Below, piece after piece: positions 1-9,264 of a stretch of 30,185 nucleotides of DNA. The DNA is from Candidatus Colwellbacteria bacterium RIFCSPHIGHO2_02_FULL_45_17. Its GTDB lineage: Bacteria; Patescibacteriota; Minisyncoccia; UBA6257; Colwellbacteraceae. The position numbers and the translations under genes are program-made. Numbering within the stretch: position 1 is the first letter of the stretch; each line of letters opens with the position of its first letter. The stretch lies in the NCBI GenBank assembly GCA_001817685.1, contig MHIV01000010.1:1-30185 (forward strand). The letters are read 5' to 3'. A model generated the notes under the pieces. That model was not told the origin of the DNA, searched no databases, and saw only the letters and a program-made list of their open reading frames with translations.

Positions 1-1
1 T

Positions 2-1051
2 GACATTGATAAAGCGCCAGAAGAGAGAGCGAGAGGTATCACCATTGCCCTCCACCATTCAGAGTATGAATCTGAAAAGCGTCACTATGCGCACATAGAC
101 GCTCCCGGACACGCGGACTATATAAAAAACATGATAACTGGTGCTGCACAGATGGACGGAGCAGTTTTGGTTGTTTCCGCAGCCGATGGTCCAATGCCCC
201 AAACACGAGAGCACATTCTGTTAGCTCGTCAGGTTGGTGTACCAGCAATCATCGTATTCCTGAACAAAATAGATCAAGTTGATGACAAAGATCTTATCGA
301 TTTGGTTGAAGCAGAAATTAGAGAGCTCCTGAAGAAATATGAATTTCCTGGAGATGAAGTGCCTATAGTTAAAGGTTCCGCTCTCAAGGCGCTTGAGACG
401 AAGTCTCTAGACGATGAGGCAGCAAAACCGATCTTGGAGCTGGTCAATTATCTCGATGAATATATTCCAGAGCCACAGCGCGATGTTGATAAACCGTTTC
501 TGATGCCGGTTGAGGACGTGTTCTCTATTGAAGGAAGAGGCACGGTTGCTACAGGGCGTATTGAAAGAGGCAAAGTCAAAGTAGGAGAGGACATTGAGCT
601 CGTTGGTATTAAAGCAACAAGCAAGACAACGGTTACTGGAATCGAGATGTTTAACAAGATGCTCGACGAAGGAATCGCTGGAGACAACGTCGGTATACTT
701 CTTCGTGGAACTAAGAAAGAAGATATTGAGCGCGGACAGGTTCTTTCCAAGCCGGGTTCAGTAACACCACACACGGAGTTTGTCGCAGAGGTTTATCTTC
801 TAAGCAAAGAAGAAGGAGGCCGACACACACCAGTCTTTCCAGGATACAAACCTCAATTCTACATTCGAACCACAGACGTTACCGGTGAGATGAAACTGCC
901 AGAGGGATCTGAGATGGCGATGCCAGGGGACACAGTAAACATTACCGTAAACTTGATTTCACCAGTTGCTCTTGAAGAGAAACAGCGTTTTGCTATTCGT
1001 GAAGGAGGCAAAACAGTTGGCGCTGGAGTTGTAACAAAAATCGTTAAGTAA
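2..1051 (+). CDS. tuf: Elongation factor Tu (5'-truncated by the window edge)
   Basis: Frame is open from position 2 ([15 protein letters not shown]...[17 protein letters not shown]) and continues into ORF 131..1051. Contains NKID (G4) and the C-terminal [11 protein letters not shown] typical of EF-Tu. Confidence 0.99.
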   Translation, partial: DIDKAPEERARGITIALHHSEYESEKRHYAHIDAPGHADYIKNMITGAAQMDGAVLVVSAADGPMPQTREHILLARQVGVPAIIVFLNKIDQVDDKDLIDLVEAEIRELLKKYEFPGDEVPIVKGSALKALETKSLDDEAAKPILELVNYLDEYIPEPQRDVDKPFLMPVEDVFSIEGRGTVATGRIERGKVKVGEDIELVGIKATSKTTVTGIEMFNKMLDEGIAGDNVGILLRGTKKEDIERGQVLSKPGSVTPHTEFVAEVYLLSKEEGGRHTPVFPGYKPQFYIRTTDVTGEMKLPEGSEMAMPGDTVNITVNLISPVALEEKQRFAIREGGKTVGAGVVTKIVK

Positions 1052-1389
1052 TGGCACCCAAAGTTAAGGACGAGAATGAAGGCGATAGGCTCCGTTTGAG
1101 AATCCGCTCTTACGACCATCGCTTGCTTGATAATTCTGCTAAGCAGATTATTGAAACCTTAACGCGCCATAACGCAAAAGTTATCGGTCCAATTCCTTTA
1201 CCTACAGAATTCAAACGCTATACCGTTAACCGATCTACGTTTGTCCACAAAGATTCGCGTGAGCAATTCGAATTGCGTATACACAAGCGCCTGATCGACG
1301 TAATAAAACCATCGCCGGGGGTAATAGAATCTCTTAGCGATTTGAATCTTCCTGCCGGGGTGGAGGTAGAGATAAAGATGGCTTCATAG
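1051..1389 (+). CDS. rpsJ: 30S ribosomal protein uS10
   Basis: RLRIRSYDHRLLD and GPIPLPT...HKDSREQFELRIHKRLID motifs; TAATG overlap with tuf. Confidence 0.98.
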   Translation: MAPKVKDENEGDRLRLRIRSYDHRLLDNSAKQIIETLTRHNAKVIGPIPLPTEFKRYTVNRSTFVHKDSREQFELRIHKRLIDVIKPSPGVIESLSDLNLPAGVEVEIKMAS

Positions 1390-1539
1390 GGGATTCTCTA
1401 GTAGTGGATATCGTCCAGGTAGTTACTCATCCCCGGGGGTTTACACCGCTATAATAATCGGTTATTATGAACCGCGCCTGAAAAACATACAGGGCACGGA
1501 GTATAAGCAACCGTTGCTTTAGTCGCCGGTTGTTTTTTT
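1389..1539 (+). promoter_or_regulatory. Structured 155-nt rpsJ-rplC intergenic region (candidate leader/attenuator)
   Basis: Stems GGGGAT(1389-94)/ATCCCC(1429-34) with nested AGTAG/TTACT and TGGA/TCCA; ATAATAA/TTATTAT inverted repeat (1451-68) overlapping TATAAT (1450-55); hairpin 1472-1499. No clear -35 box. Confidence 0.4.
1505..1539 (+). terminator. Intrinsic terminator-like hairpin just upstream of rplC
   Basis: AAGCAACCG(1505-13)/CGGTTGTTT(1527-35) followed by a T run to 1539. The 13-nt loop makes it a weak candidate. Confidence 0.4.
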
Positions 1540-1544
1540 AAGTC

Positions 1545-1967
1545 ATGGCATATATTAAAGCCAAAAAATTGAAGATGGGGCAGATATTTAAGGACGATGA
1601 AGTCATCCCCGTTACTTTTATTTCTTTAGCGGAAGACGCTGATACTGAATTTGAGGCTGGAAGCAAACTGAAAGTAAGCGGAATTTCTAAAGGCAGGGGC
1701 TTCCAGGGAGTAGTCAAACGTCATGGTTTCCATGGAAGCGATAAAACACACGGTCAGAAACATACACATAGAGCGCCAGGCTCAATAGGATCTACGGGAC
1801 CGCAAAGAGTTTTTCCGGGAATCAAAATGGCTGGGCGTATGGGAGGCACCACATCAACTCTAAGGAATTTGGAAGTAGTCTCATTTGATAAAGACAGAAA
1901 GATGCTTGTACTAAAAGGAGCAGTACCAGGCAATAGGGGCGGAGAACTGAAAATATACGTGAAATGA
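1545..1967 (+). CDS. rplC: 50S ribosomal protein uL3, internally deleted (140 aa)
   Basis: N-terminal KKLKMGQIF..VIPVT, then SKGRGFQGVVKRHGF, APGSIG, KMAGRMG and LKGAVPG; position after rpsJ. Confidence 0.97.
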   Translation: MAYIKAKKLKMGQIFKDDEVIPVTFISLAEDADTEFEAGSKLKVSGISKGRGFQGVVKRHGFHGSDKTHGQKHTHRAPGSIGSTGPQRVFPGIKMAGRMGGTTSTLRNLEVVSFDKDRKMLVLKGAVPGNRGGELKIYVK

Positions 1968-2599
1968 AAACGGACGTTTACGACAATAAAGCCAAGAAAG
2001 TAGGAACAGTTGATTTACCCGATCGCATTTTCGGTCATTCTTGGAATCCAGATTTGGTTCATCAAGCTGTAAGAACACAAACAGCTAACAAGCGTGCAAA
2101 TATCGCGCACGCGAAAGATAGGGGAGAAAGTCGTGGCGGCGGTAAGAAACCATGGAGACAAAAAGGAACTGGTCGTGCAAGGCACGGCTCCATTCGTTCT
2201 CCGATCTGGCGTGGCGGAGGCGTAACGCACGGTCCTACTAAAGAACGCGTGCTTTCATTAAAAATTAATAAGAAAATGAGGCAGGGCGCTATGTTCGCTA
2301 TTTTATCGAGGAAGCTCAAGGACGGTGATATCAAAGTGGTAGAATCTTTAGAAATTGACGAGCCAAAGACGGGGAAGCTCTCAGAAATCTTGAGCAATTT
2401 TGCAAAGGACAAACAAAATTTTTTGATAATACCAAACACTACCAGCAAAAATTTATATCAGGCAAGCAGGAACTTAAAGACAGTTAAAAGCTTGGACCCG
2501 CGATCCTTAAACGTTTACGATCTTTTGAAATACAAGCAAATTCTCGTTGAAAAAAACGCCGTCGAAGAGATGGACAAACACTATCATGCCGTTAAATAG
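1964..2599 (+). CDS. rplD: 50S ribosomal protein uL4
   Basis: RGGGKKPWRQKGTGRARHGSIRSPIWRGGG signature. Confidence 0.99.
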   Translation: MKTDVYDNKAKKVGTVDLPDRIFGHSWNPDLVHQAVRTQTANKRANIAHAKDRGESRGGGKKPWRQKGTGRARHGSIRSPIWRGGGVTHGPTKERVLSLKINKKMRQGAMFAILSRKLKDGDIKVVESLEIDEPKTGKLSEILSNFAKDKQNFLIIPNTTSKNLYQASRNLKTVKSLDPRSLNVYDLLKYKQILVEKNAVEEMDKHYHAVK

Positions 2600-2840
2600 A
2601 CTATTGATTAAAAATCCTCTTATTAGCGAGAAGGCGACAGATTTGGGCCAAGAGAACAAGTATGTATTTATGGTTAATCCGCGAGCGAACAAGAAACAGG
2701 TAAAAAAATTAATAGAGGAAATCTATGGAGTGACTGTCGTGGCAACAAATATCGTGAGAATGAATAAAAGAAGTAATAACTATAAGAAAGCCATAGTAAC
2801 ACTGAAGGATGGAGACAAAATAGATACTGTACCGCACTAG
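2586..2840 (+). CDS. rplW: 50S ribosomal protein uL23 (84 aa)
   Basis: PLISEKA, YVFMV, ANKKQVK and YKKAIVTL motifs. Start placed at ATG 2586 rather than the ORF-track start 2547. Confidence 0.95.
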   Translation: MPLNRLLIKNPLISEKATDLGQENKYVFMVNPRANKKQVKKLIEEIYGVTVVATNIVRMNKRSNNYKKAIVTLKDGDKIDTVPH

Positions 2841-2844
2841 AACT

Positions 2845-3690
2845 ATGAAGAGATATAAGCCATATACACATTCGAGAAGACATATGACAAGCGTGAGCTA
2901 CGGTGTCCTTAGCAAAGTCGCTCCGATGAAGAGCGCGCTAAGAGGGAAGACCAAAAGCGGAGCTAGAAACAGTTCTGGTAGAATCACGGTTCGTCACCAA
3001 GGAGGCGGAGTGAAAAGGCGTTTTAGGGTTATAGATTTGAAGCAGAGCGACAAGGTGAATGTTGAAGGTAAGATTGAAGCCATCGAGTATGATCCGAATA
3101 GAAGTGCGTTCATAATGAGAGTTCTATATAAAGACGGAGACCGAAGATATGTGTTAGCGCCCACAGAAGTGGAGGTAGGGAGAAAAATAATCGTAGCCGA
3201 GGAAGTTCCTCTTGAGGTTGGTAATAGGACGAAGTTATCAAATATCCCAGTCGGTTATTTCGTGCACAATATCGAAATGCAGCCGGGTAAGGGAGGCCAG
3301 ATTGTACGTTCTGCTGGTTCGCAGGCGCAAGTACTGGCGCATGAAGGTGGCTACACAAACTTGAAGTTGCCATCCGGAGAGGTAAGAAAGATACTTTCCA
3401 GAAATTTCGCATCTCTGGGGCAAGTTTCTAACCCAGAACATAACTTGATTGTTGTTGGTAAGGCGGGAAGAAAAAGACTCATGGGAATTCGCCCTACGGT
3501 TCGTGGTTCTGCAATGAACCCAGTAGACCATCCATACGGAGGTGGCGAAGGGCGTACCCAGCGTGGAACCAGGCGACCAAAAGATAAATGGAGTAACATC
3601 ACAGGCGGACGAAAGACAAGGAAAGCTAAGAGAAAATCAAGCTCTTACATCATACAAAGGAGATCGTCGAAACGAGCCAAAAAAAGATAA
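2845..3690 (+). CDS. rplB: 50S ribosomal protein uL2
   Basis: [30 protein letters not shown]. Confidence 0.99.
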   Translation: MKRYKPYTHSRRHMTSVSYGVLSKVAPMKSALRGKTKSGARNSSGRITVRHQGGGVKRRFRVIDLKQSDKVNVEGKIEAIEYDPNRSAFIMRVLYKDGDRRYVLAPTEVEVGRKIIVAEEVPLEVGNRTKLSNIPVGYFVHNIEMQPGKGGQIVRSAGSQAQVLAHEGGYTNLKLPSGEVRKILSRNFASLGQVSNPEHNLIVVGKAGRKRLMGIRPTVRGSAMNPVDHPYGGGEGRTQRGTRRPKDKWSNITGGRKTRKAKRKSSSYIIQRRSSKRAKKR

Positions 3691-3694
3691 AACC

Positions 3695-4030
3695 ATGAGT
3701 AGGAGTTCTAAAAAAGGTCCGCACGTAGACCCAAAACTGCTTAAGAAAATCTCTGTGCTAAAACCAGGTAGCAAAGCATCGATAAAGACTTGGGCACGAG
3801 ATTCCGAAATTGCCCCAGAGATGGTGGGATTCACTTTCGCGATTCACAACGGGAAAGACTTCATAGAGGTTCTAGTTAATGAAGATATGGTAGGTCATAG
3901 ATTGGGGGAATTCTCGCCAACAAGAAGATTTACTAAACACGGCGGAAAGATGCAACGTGCTATTGAGGCAGGCAAAGAAGTGGGTAAAGAAGTGGCAAAA
4001 GAACCGGTTAAAGAAGGAGGAAAGTCATGA
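3695..4030 (+). CDS. rpsS: 30S ribosomal protein uS19 with C-terminal extension (111 aa)
   Basis: [30 protein letters not shown]. Start at ATG 3695. Confidence 0.98.
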   Translation: MSRSSKKGPHVDPKLLKKISVLKPGSKASIKTWARDSEIAPEMVGFTFAIHNGKDFIEVLVNEDMVGHRLGEFSPTRRFTKHGGKMQRAIEAGKEVGKEVAKEPVKEGGKS

Positions 4031-4527
4031 CAGAAATAAAGGCCACATTACGTAATTTAAATATCGCACCACGCAAAGTGCGTCTGGTTGCATCAAGCGT
4101 TAAGGGATTGCATGTACAGTCCGCTATTGCGCGGCTTGATTCAATGCCGCAAAGAAGCGCAGGACATCTGGCGAAATTGCTCTTATCAGCGGTTGCTAAT
4201 GCCAAGGATTTGAAATTGGACGAAAATAAGCTGGTAGTGAAATCAATCGAAGTTAATAAGGGAATAACCCTAAAGCGTATACGAGCCAGAGCGAAGGGTC
4301 GCGCGACGCCGGTTGAAAAAAAGATGAGTCACGTTACTCTCCTTCTCGAAGAAAGCGATAGCGTAAAAAGGCCCGAGTTTGTCATTCAGGAAAAGAAGAA
4401 GGAAGAAAAGAAAGAACCGAAACGTGAACGTAAAGAGCAACCGAGAGCGAAACAACAAGATACTGCGAATAAAGAAAAGACCAGAAAGGGATTCAAGGAA
4501 AGGGTGTTCAGAAGGAAGTCCGTATAA
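4027..4527 (+). CDS. rplV: 50S ribosomal protein uL22 with long charged C-terminal extension
   Basis: [31 protein letters not shown], then a ~55-aa K/E-rich tail. Confidence 0.97.
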   Translation: MTEIKATLRNLNIAPRKVRLVASSVKGLHVQSAIARLDSMPQRSAGHLAKLLLSAVANAKDLKLDENKLVVKSIEVNKGITLKRIRARAKGRATPVEKKMSHVTLLLEESDSVKRPEFVIQEKKKEEKKEPKRERKEQPRAKQQDTANKEKTRKGFKERVFRRKSV

Positions 4528-4533
4528 AGAAAC

Positions 4534-5196
4534 ATGGGTAGAAAAATAAATCCAACAACATATAGGTTAGGCATAAACAGGGCATGGAGGTCCAGGTGGA
4601 TGCCTCCTGGTAATAAATTTGGAAACTGGCTTAAGGAGGACGAGGCAGTTAGAAATACCGTAATGGAAAAAGTGAAAAAAGCCGGGATAGCCGATATCGA
4701 AATAGAACGCACATCAGGCCAGTACCGTGTAGTTATAAAAGCCAGTAGGCCGGGTCTTATTATCGGAAGAGGAGGGGAGGGGGTACAACAACTGGAGAAA
4801 GCGATTAAGAAAGTCATTTCTAGCGATACCGCACTAAGCTTGAACGTCGAAGAGTTAAAAAGAACAGATGTTTCTGCTCAAGTAGTGGCACAGAACATGG
4901 CGTGGGATCTTGAAAAAAGAATGAGACACCGCAGGGTAATGAAAAGACACATCGATATAATAATGCAGAACAAAGAAGCCCAAGGAGCTAAAGTTATGTT
5001 AGCGGGGAGGCTGAATGGCGCAGAAATCGCGCGCACAGAGCACTTAGAAGAAGGAAAACTGCCGCTTACAACCATAAGAGCAAATATAGATTTCGGGAAA
5101 GCAATCGCTTTCACAAAATACGGCACTATTGGTGTTAAGGTTTGGATTTATAAGGGCGAAATATTCGAGAAGGAAGATAAACAAACTAGAGTCTAA
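4534..5196 (+). CDS. rpsC: 30S ribosomal protein uS3
   Basis: MGRKINP, SRPGLIIGRGG, GRLNGAEIARTE, YGTIGVKVWI. Confidence 0.99.
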   Translation: MGRKINPTTYRLGINRAWRSRWMPPGNKFGNWLKEDEAVRNTVMEKVKKAGIADIEIERTSGQYRVVIKASRPGLIIGRGGEGVQQLEKAIKKVISSDTALSLNVEELKRTDVSAQVVAQNMAWDLEKRMRHRRVMKRHIDIIMQNKEAQGAKVMLAGRLNGAEIARTEHLEEGKLPLTTIRANIDFGKAIAFTKYGTIGVKVWIYKGEIFEKEDKQTRV

Positions 5197-5204
5197 ACAA
5201 CAAT

Positions 5205-5621
5205 ATGTTGATGCCGAAGAAGGTAAAACACAGAAAATGGCACAAAGGACGCTCGAGGAAACGTCTAGTTGAAACGCGCGGAACGACAGTCGCGTATGGA
5301 ACTTATGGAATCCAGGCGCTCGAGTCTGCGTGGCTTGATTCAAAGCAAATCGAGGCAGGTAGAAGGGCAATAACAAGAGCGCTGAAGCGCGAAGGAATGG
5401 TATGGATTAGAGTGTTTCCGGATAAACCGATTACAAAAAAAGCCGCTGAAGTAGGAATGGGTAAAGGCAAGGGGGCTGTAGATCATTACGCTTTTCCGGT
5501 CCGTCCAGGAAGGGTAATTTTCGAAGTTGGCGGCGGCATCACAGAAGAACACGCAAGAGCTGCATTAAGATCCGCCAGTTTTAAAATGCCGTTTAGAACC
5601 AGAATAATCTCTAAAGTCTAG
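5205..5621 (+). CDS. rplP: 50S ribosomal protein uL16
   Basis: MLMPKKVKHRK, QIEAGRRAI, WIRVFPDKP, MGKGKG. Confidence 0.99.
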   Translation: MLMPKKVKHRKWHKGRSRKRLVETRGTTVAYGTYGIQALESAWLDSKQIEAGRRAITRALKREGMVWIRVFPDKPITKKAAEVGMGKGKGAVDHYAFPVRPGRVIFEVGGGITEEHARAALRSASFKMPFRTRIISKV

Positions 5622-5624
5622 ATT

Positions 5625-5846
5625 ATGGCAAAGGATGGATTCGAAAAATTGAGGGAGAAGGGGATCGAAGAGCTCAACAAAGAAACCGCGAAGGAAAAGC
5701 AGAAACTTCAGGAGTTAAAGTTTGACTTAGCGCGCGGAAAAGTAAAGAATAGCGCAGCGGTTAGGGATTCGAGAAGAAAAATAGCAAAACTCCTAACTTT
5801 TATTAACGAGAAAACAACTTCAGAAAATACAGCGCAAAATGGATAA
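5625..5846 (+). CDS. rpmC: 50S ribosomal protein uL29
   Basis: Helical, ending [10 protein letters not shown]; syntenic between rplP and rpsQ. Confidence 0.93.
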   Translation: MAKDGFEKLREKGIEELNKETAKEKQKLQELKFDLARGKVKNSAAVRDSRRKIAKLLTFINEKTTSENTAQNG

Positions 5847-6093
5847 GGATAAGGTCAAACCAAAGAGGAGACAGCTTAAAGGCGTGGTTTCGTCAGACAA
5901 GATGGACAAAACCGTCGTTGTGACTGTTTCTGCGAGAAAGCAACACGAGAAGTATTTGAAGTATCACAATGTTAGCAAGCGCTTTAAGGCACATGACGAG
6001 AACAACGAATACAAAGTTGGAGACAAAGTTGTGATAGAAGAAACGAGGCCGATATCGAAAGACAAACACTGGAGAGTAGTAAGCAAGATATGA
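5839..6093 (+). CDS. rpsQ: 30S ribosomal protein uS17
   Basis: [30 protein letters not shown]. Confidence 0.98.
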   Translation: MDKDKVKPKRRQLKGVVSSDKMDKTVVVTVSARKQHEKYLKYHNVSKRFKAHDENNEYKVGDKVVIEETRPISKDKHWRVVSKI

Positions 6094-6458
6094 TTCAGGA
6101 ACAAACCATACTAAAAGTTGCGGACAATAGCGGGGCGAAAGTCATTCGCTGTTTCAGGATTTTGGGAGGAACAAGAAGGCGCTACGCGAGAGTCGGAGAT
6201 TTAATTGTCGCATCCGTGCAATCCGCAGAACCAAGGAAACAGGTTAAAAAGAAGGAAATCGTAAGAGCAGTTATAGTTAGAAGTCGAGATGCAATTCGTA
6301 GAAAAGACGGAAGCTATGTAAGATTCGATGAAAACGCGGCGGTTCTTGTGGATGCCAAAAAGCTTCCGCGCGCGACAAGAATATTCGGTCCAATACCAAG
6401 AGAGTTAAAAGAAAGGGGCTACGACAAGATAGTCTCTCTAGCACAGGACGTTGTGTAG
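6090..6458 (+). CDS. rplN: 50S ribosomal protein uL14
   Basis: [35 protein letters not shown]. Confidence 0.99.
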   Translation: MIQEQTILKVADNSGAKVIRCFRILGGTRRRYARVGDLIVASVQSAEPRKQVKKKEIVRAVIVRSRDAIRRKDGSYVRFDENAAVLVDAKKLPRATRIFGPIPRELKERGYDKIVSLAQDVV

Positions 6459-6463
6459 AAACC

Positions 6464-6769
6464 ATGGATATACGTAAAGGAGATAAAGTGTTTATTACAA
6501 AAGGAAAGGACAAAGGTAAGTCCAATAAGGTTATTCGCGTGGTCCCAAAAGATGGCACTGTTGTTATCGAGGGTCTTAACATGCGCAAGAAGACAATACG
6601 TCCTAAGAAACAAGGAGAGAAAGGCCAAGTTGTCGAGGTCCCATGGTCTATGAAGATAGATAACGTAATGCTTGTTTGTAGTTCATGCGGGAAGCCATCA
6701 AGGATCGGTCATAAAATAGAAGGCGATAAAAAAGTAAGATACTGTAAAAGATGCAAGGCAGCGGTCTAG
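6464..6769 (+). CDS. rplX: 50S ribosomal protein uL24 (CxxC...CxxC form)
   Basis: IRKGDKV..ITKGKDKGK KOW motif; CSSC and CKRC pairs. Confidence 0.98.
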   Translation: MDIRKGDKVFITKGKDKGKSNKVIRVVPKDGTVVIEGLNMRKKTIRPKKQGEKGQVVEVPWSMKIDNVMLVCSSCGKPSRIGHKIEGDKKVRYCKRCKAAV

Positions 6770-7230
6770 AAAAAATTGTTGTGGCAACGGGAGTTGGTAA
6801 GCTGAGGCAAAGGCCTGGTTTTGTCGAGACTATTTTGCCGACTATCGAAAAGGATCTAGCTGCGATTACTGGTCAAAAACCCTCGCAAAGGACTGCAAGG
6901 AAATCAGTCGCCGGTTTTAAAATAAGAGGCGGCGAGGTAGTCGGACTGAAGGTTACATTGAGAGGCAGGAGAATGAACGATTTTCTCAAAAGATTAATCG
7001 AGGTGGTCATGCCGAGAATCAGAGATTTTCACGGAATAGATCCAGGGCAGATAGACCAGGGAGGAAATTTGACAATAGGAATCAAGGAACATATCGTCTT
7101 CCCAGAGGTTAATCCAGACGAAGTAAAATTCGACTTTGGGCTGGAGATAACTCTTGTACCGGCTACGAGAGATAAAGAAAAAAGCTACGAATTGTATAAG
7201 TCGCTAGGCGTACCTCTGCAAAGTAAATAA
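6751..7230 (+). CDS. rplE: 50S ribosomal protein uL5, N-terminally shortened (159 aa)
   Basis: [46 protein letters not shown]. In-frame TAA at 6745-47 prevents an upstream extension. Confidence 0.97.
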   Translation: MQGSGLEKIVVATGVGKLRQRPGFVETILPTIEKDLAAITGQKPSQRTARKSVAGFKIRGGEVVGLKVTLRGRRMNDFLKRLIEVVMPRIRDFHGIDPGQIDQGGNLTIGIKEHIVFPEVNPDEVKFDFGLEITLVPATRDKEKSYELYKSLGVPLQSK

Positions 7231-7231
7231 A

Positions 7232-7417
7232 ATGGCAAAGAAGTCTGTTATAGCAAGGTCAAAAAGAGAACCGAAGTATAGAACGAGAGGAGTGCGTCGC
7301 TGTTTTAGGTGTGGAAGGAAGCGTGGATATCAACGCGATTTTGATCTTTGTAGGATTTGCTTCAGAGAGCTTGCGAGCGAAGGTAAAATACCCGGAGTTA
7401 AGAAATCATCTTGGTAA
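7232..7417 (+). CDS. rpsN: 30S ribosomal protein uS14, zinc-binding type
   Basis: 61 aa; RCFRCGR...[10 protein letters not shown]...PGVKKSSW. Confidence 0.98.
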   Translation: MAKKSVIARSKREPKYRTRGVRRCFRCGRKRGYQRDFDLCRICFRELASEGKIPGVKKSSW

Positions 7418-7418
7418 T

Positions 7419-7802
7419 ATGTATTGGGATTCAATCATAAGAGTTAAAAACGGACTAGAAAGAGGCTTTGAAAGAGTCAAGGTGCCTTATTCTAGCTTTG
7501 ATATGAACATCCTCGAACTATTAACAAAAGAAGGGTATATAGGAACCGTATCGCGAAAAGGTAGGGGTGTGAGGCGCATTATAGATATTAAACTCAAATA
7601 CGACAGCGAAGGTGAGCCCGCAATTAGGGGCGTCAAATTTGTAAGTCGTCCGTCTAGGCGTCTTTATTCAGGATATAGGAAGACCAAAACATCGAGACAA
7701 GGATCCGGACACTATATATTGTCCACTCCTGAGGGAATACTGACTGACAAAGAAGCACGCAAAAAGAAAGTCGGCGGACAGGTACTCTTCGAAATCTGGT
7801 AA
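7419..7802 (+). CDS. rpsH: 30S ribosomal protein uS8 (127 aa)
   Basis: LTKEGYI, VSRPSRRLY, ILSTPEGILTDKEARKKKVGG. Start at ATG 7419. Confidence 0.98.
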   Translation: MYWDSIIRVKNGLERGFERVKVPYSSFDMNILELLTKEGYIGTVSRKGRGVRRIIDIKLKYDSEGEPAIRGVKFVSRPSRRLYSGYRKTKTSRQGSGHYILSTPEGILTDKEARKKKVGGQVLFEIW

Positions 7803-7804
7803 TT

Positions 7805-8353
7805 ATGAGCAGAATAGGCATAAAACCAGTTGTAATACCCGAAGGAGTAACGGTTGATGTGAAAGAAAGCGAGGTTGAGATAAAAGGAAAGAACGCGACT
7901 TTGAACGTCCCTCTATTAAGAGGTATCTCGGTCACAATCGAAGATGGCACAGTGGTGTTTTCCCCATCCAATAAAACAAAACAGGTTTCAAGTAACTGGG
8001 GAACGATGAGAGCTCTTGTCGAAAATGCTGTTATAGGTGCGACTAAGAATTTTTCGAAAGATCTTATAGTCGAAGGCATAGGATACCGCGCAAGCGTTGA
8101 AGGAAATGATTTAATTCTTAATCTCGGACACTCACATCCAATTAAATTCCCGATACCAGTGGATATAGAAATTAAAATTGATAAAAACGTCATTACTATT
8201 TCGGGTGCGGACAAATCACGCGTTGGCGAAACCGCAGCGAAGATAAAAAGATTCAGAAAGCCTGAGCCGTATAAAGGCAAGGGAATCAGGTATAGTGACG
8301 AGATTATAAAGAGAAAGGCTGGCAAGAAAGCTGTCGGGTCGGAGGGAAAGTAG
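7805..8353 (+). CDS. rplF: 50S ribosomal protein uL6
   Basis: MSRIGIKP, GIGYRA, LGHSHP, RKPEPYKGKGIRY. Confidence 0.99.
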   Translation: MSRIGIKPVVIPEGVTVDVKESEVEIKGKNATLNVPLLRGISVTIEDGTVVFSPSNKTKQVSSNWGTMRALVENAVIGATKNFSKDLIVEGIGYRASVEGNDLILNLGHSHPIKFPIPVDIEIKIDKNVITISGADKSRVGETAAKIKRFRKPEPYKGKGIRYSDEIIKRKAGKKAVGSEGK

Positions 8354-8357
8354 AACT

Positions 8358-8708
8358 ATGACACCAAGAATCAAGCAAAACCGAGAGCAAAGAATAAGAC
8401 GCAGCCGTGCAAAAGCGTTCGGTACGTTGAAGAAACCGAGGCTGTCAGTATACAGAAGCAATAAAAATCTTAGCCTACAGTTGATTGATGACGAATCTGG
8501 GAAGACCATTGTGGCAGCATCAACAAGGGAATTAAAGAATGACAAAATGTCGAAAAGCGAACAGGCGCTTGCTGTTGGAGAACTACTTGCCAAGAAAGCG
8601 AAAGATGCAAAGATAACATCGGCTATTTTTGATAGGAGATTTTATAAATATCATGGTAGAGTCAAAGCAGTCGCGGAAGGAGCGCGACGCGGAGGCTTAA
8701 ATCTTTAA
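8358..8708 (+). CDS. rplR: 50S ribosomal protein uL18
   Basis: PRLSVYRSNK, QLIDD, FDRRFYKYHGRVKAVAEGAR. Confidence 0.98.
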   Translation: MTPRIKQNREQRIRRSRAKAFGTLKKPRLSVYRSNKNLSLQLIDDESGKTIVAASTRELKNDKMSKSEQALAVGELLAKKAKDAKITSAIFDRRFYKYHGRVKAVAEGARRGGLNL

Positions 8709-8709
8709 T

Positions 8710-9225
8710 ATGATAGACCGCAAACCCAGAAAAACCACTGATCGATTTAGAAAACAAGACGAGTATGAAGAGCAAGTACTTGATCTTAGGCGTGTGACGC
8801 GTGTCACTGCTGGTGGAAAAAGATTTCGATTCCGCGCTACGGTTGTCCTTGGAAATGGGAAAGGAAAAGTTGGTGTCGGAATCGGCAAGGGGCCAGATGT
8901 ACAAAAAGCCGTAGATAAAGCAAAGACGCAAGCCAAAAAAGATATTATAACTATAAAACTTAAGAACAATACAATTCCGCATCAAGTTGAAGCAAAGTTT
9001 AGTGCGGCAAGAGTATTAATAAAACCAGCAGCTGCGGGTCATGGCCTAATGGCGGGCGGCTCACCGCGTGTAGTTTTGAAGCTTGCTGGAGTAAAGGATG
9101 CTACAGCTAAATGCGTAGGGCGTACCAAAAACAAGCTTACTAATGCCCTTGCTGCGATTGAGGCCCTAAAACAATTGAAGAGCGACAACGACAGAAATAA
9201 AAACTCAAGCGGCGAAGAAGTATAA
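8710..9225 (+). CDS. rpsE: 30S ribosomal protein uS5
   Basis: RRVTRVTAGGKRFRFRATVVLGN, VLIKPA..GHGLMAGG. Confidence 0.99.
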   Translation: MIDRKPRKTTDRFRKQDEYEEQVLDLRRVTRVTAGGKRFRFRATVVLGNGKGKVGVGIGKGPDVQKAVDKAKTQAKKDIITIKLKNNTIPHQVEAKFSAARVLIKPAAAGHGLMAGGSPRVVLKLAGVKDATAKCVGRTKNKLTNALAAIEALKQLKSDNDRNKNSSGEEV

Positions 9226-9264
9226 GATACTAAAGAAACACTCGTTCCTCTCTACGATTTAAAT

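Noticed and set aside
1389-1445. Possible tRNA or tRNA remnant beginning GGGGAT
   Set aside because: No TTCRA T-loop, no cloverleaf and no CCA or discriminator context.
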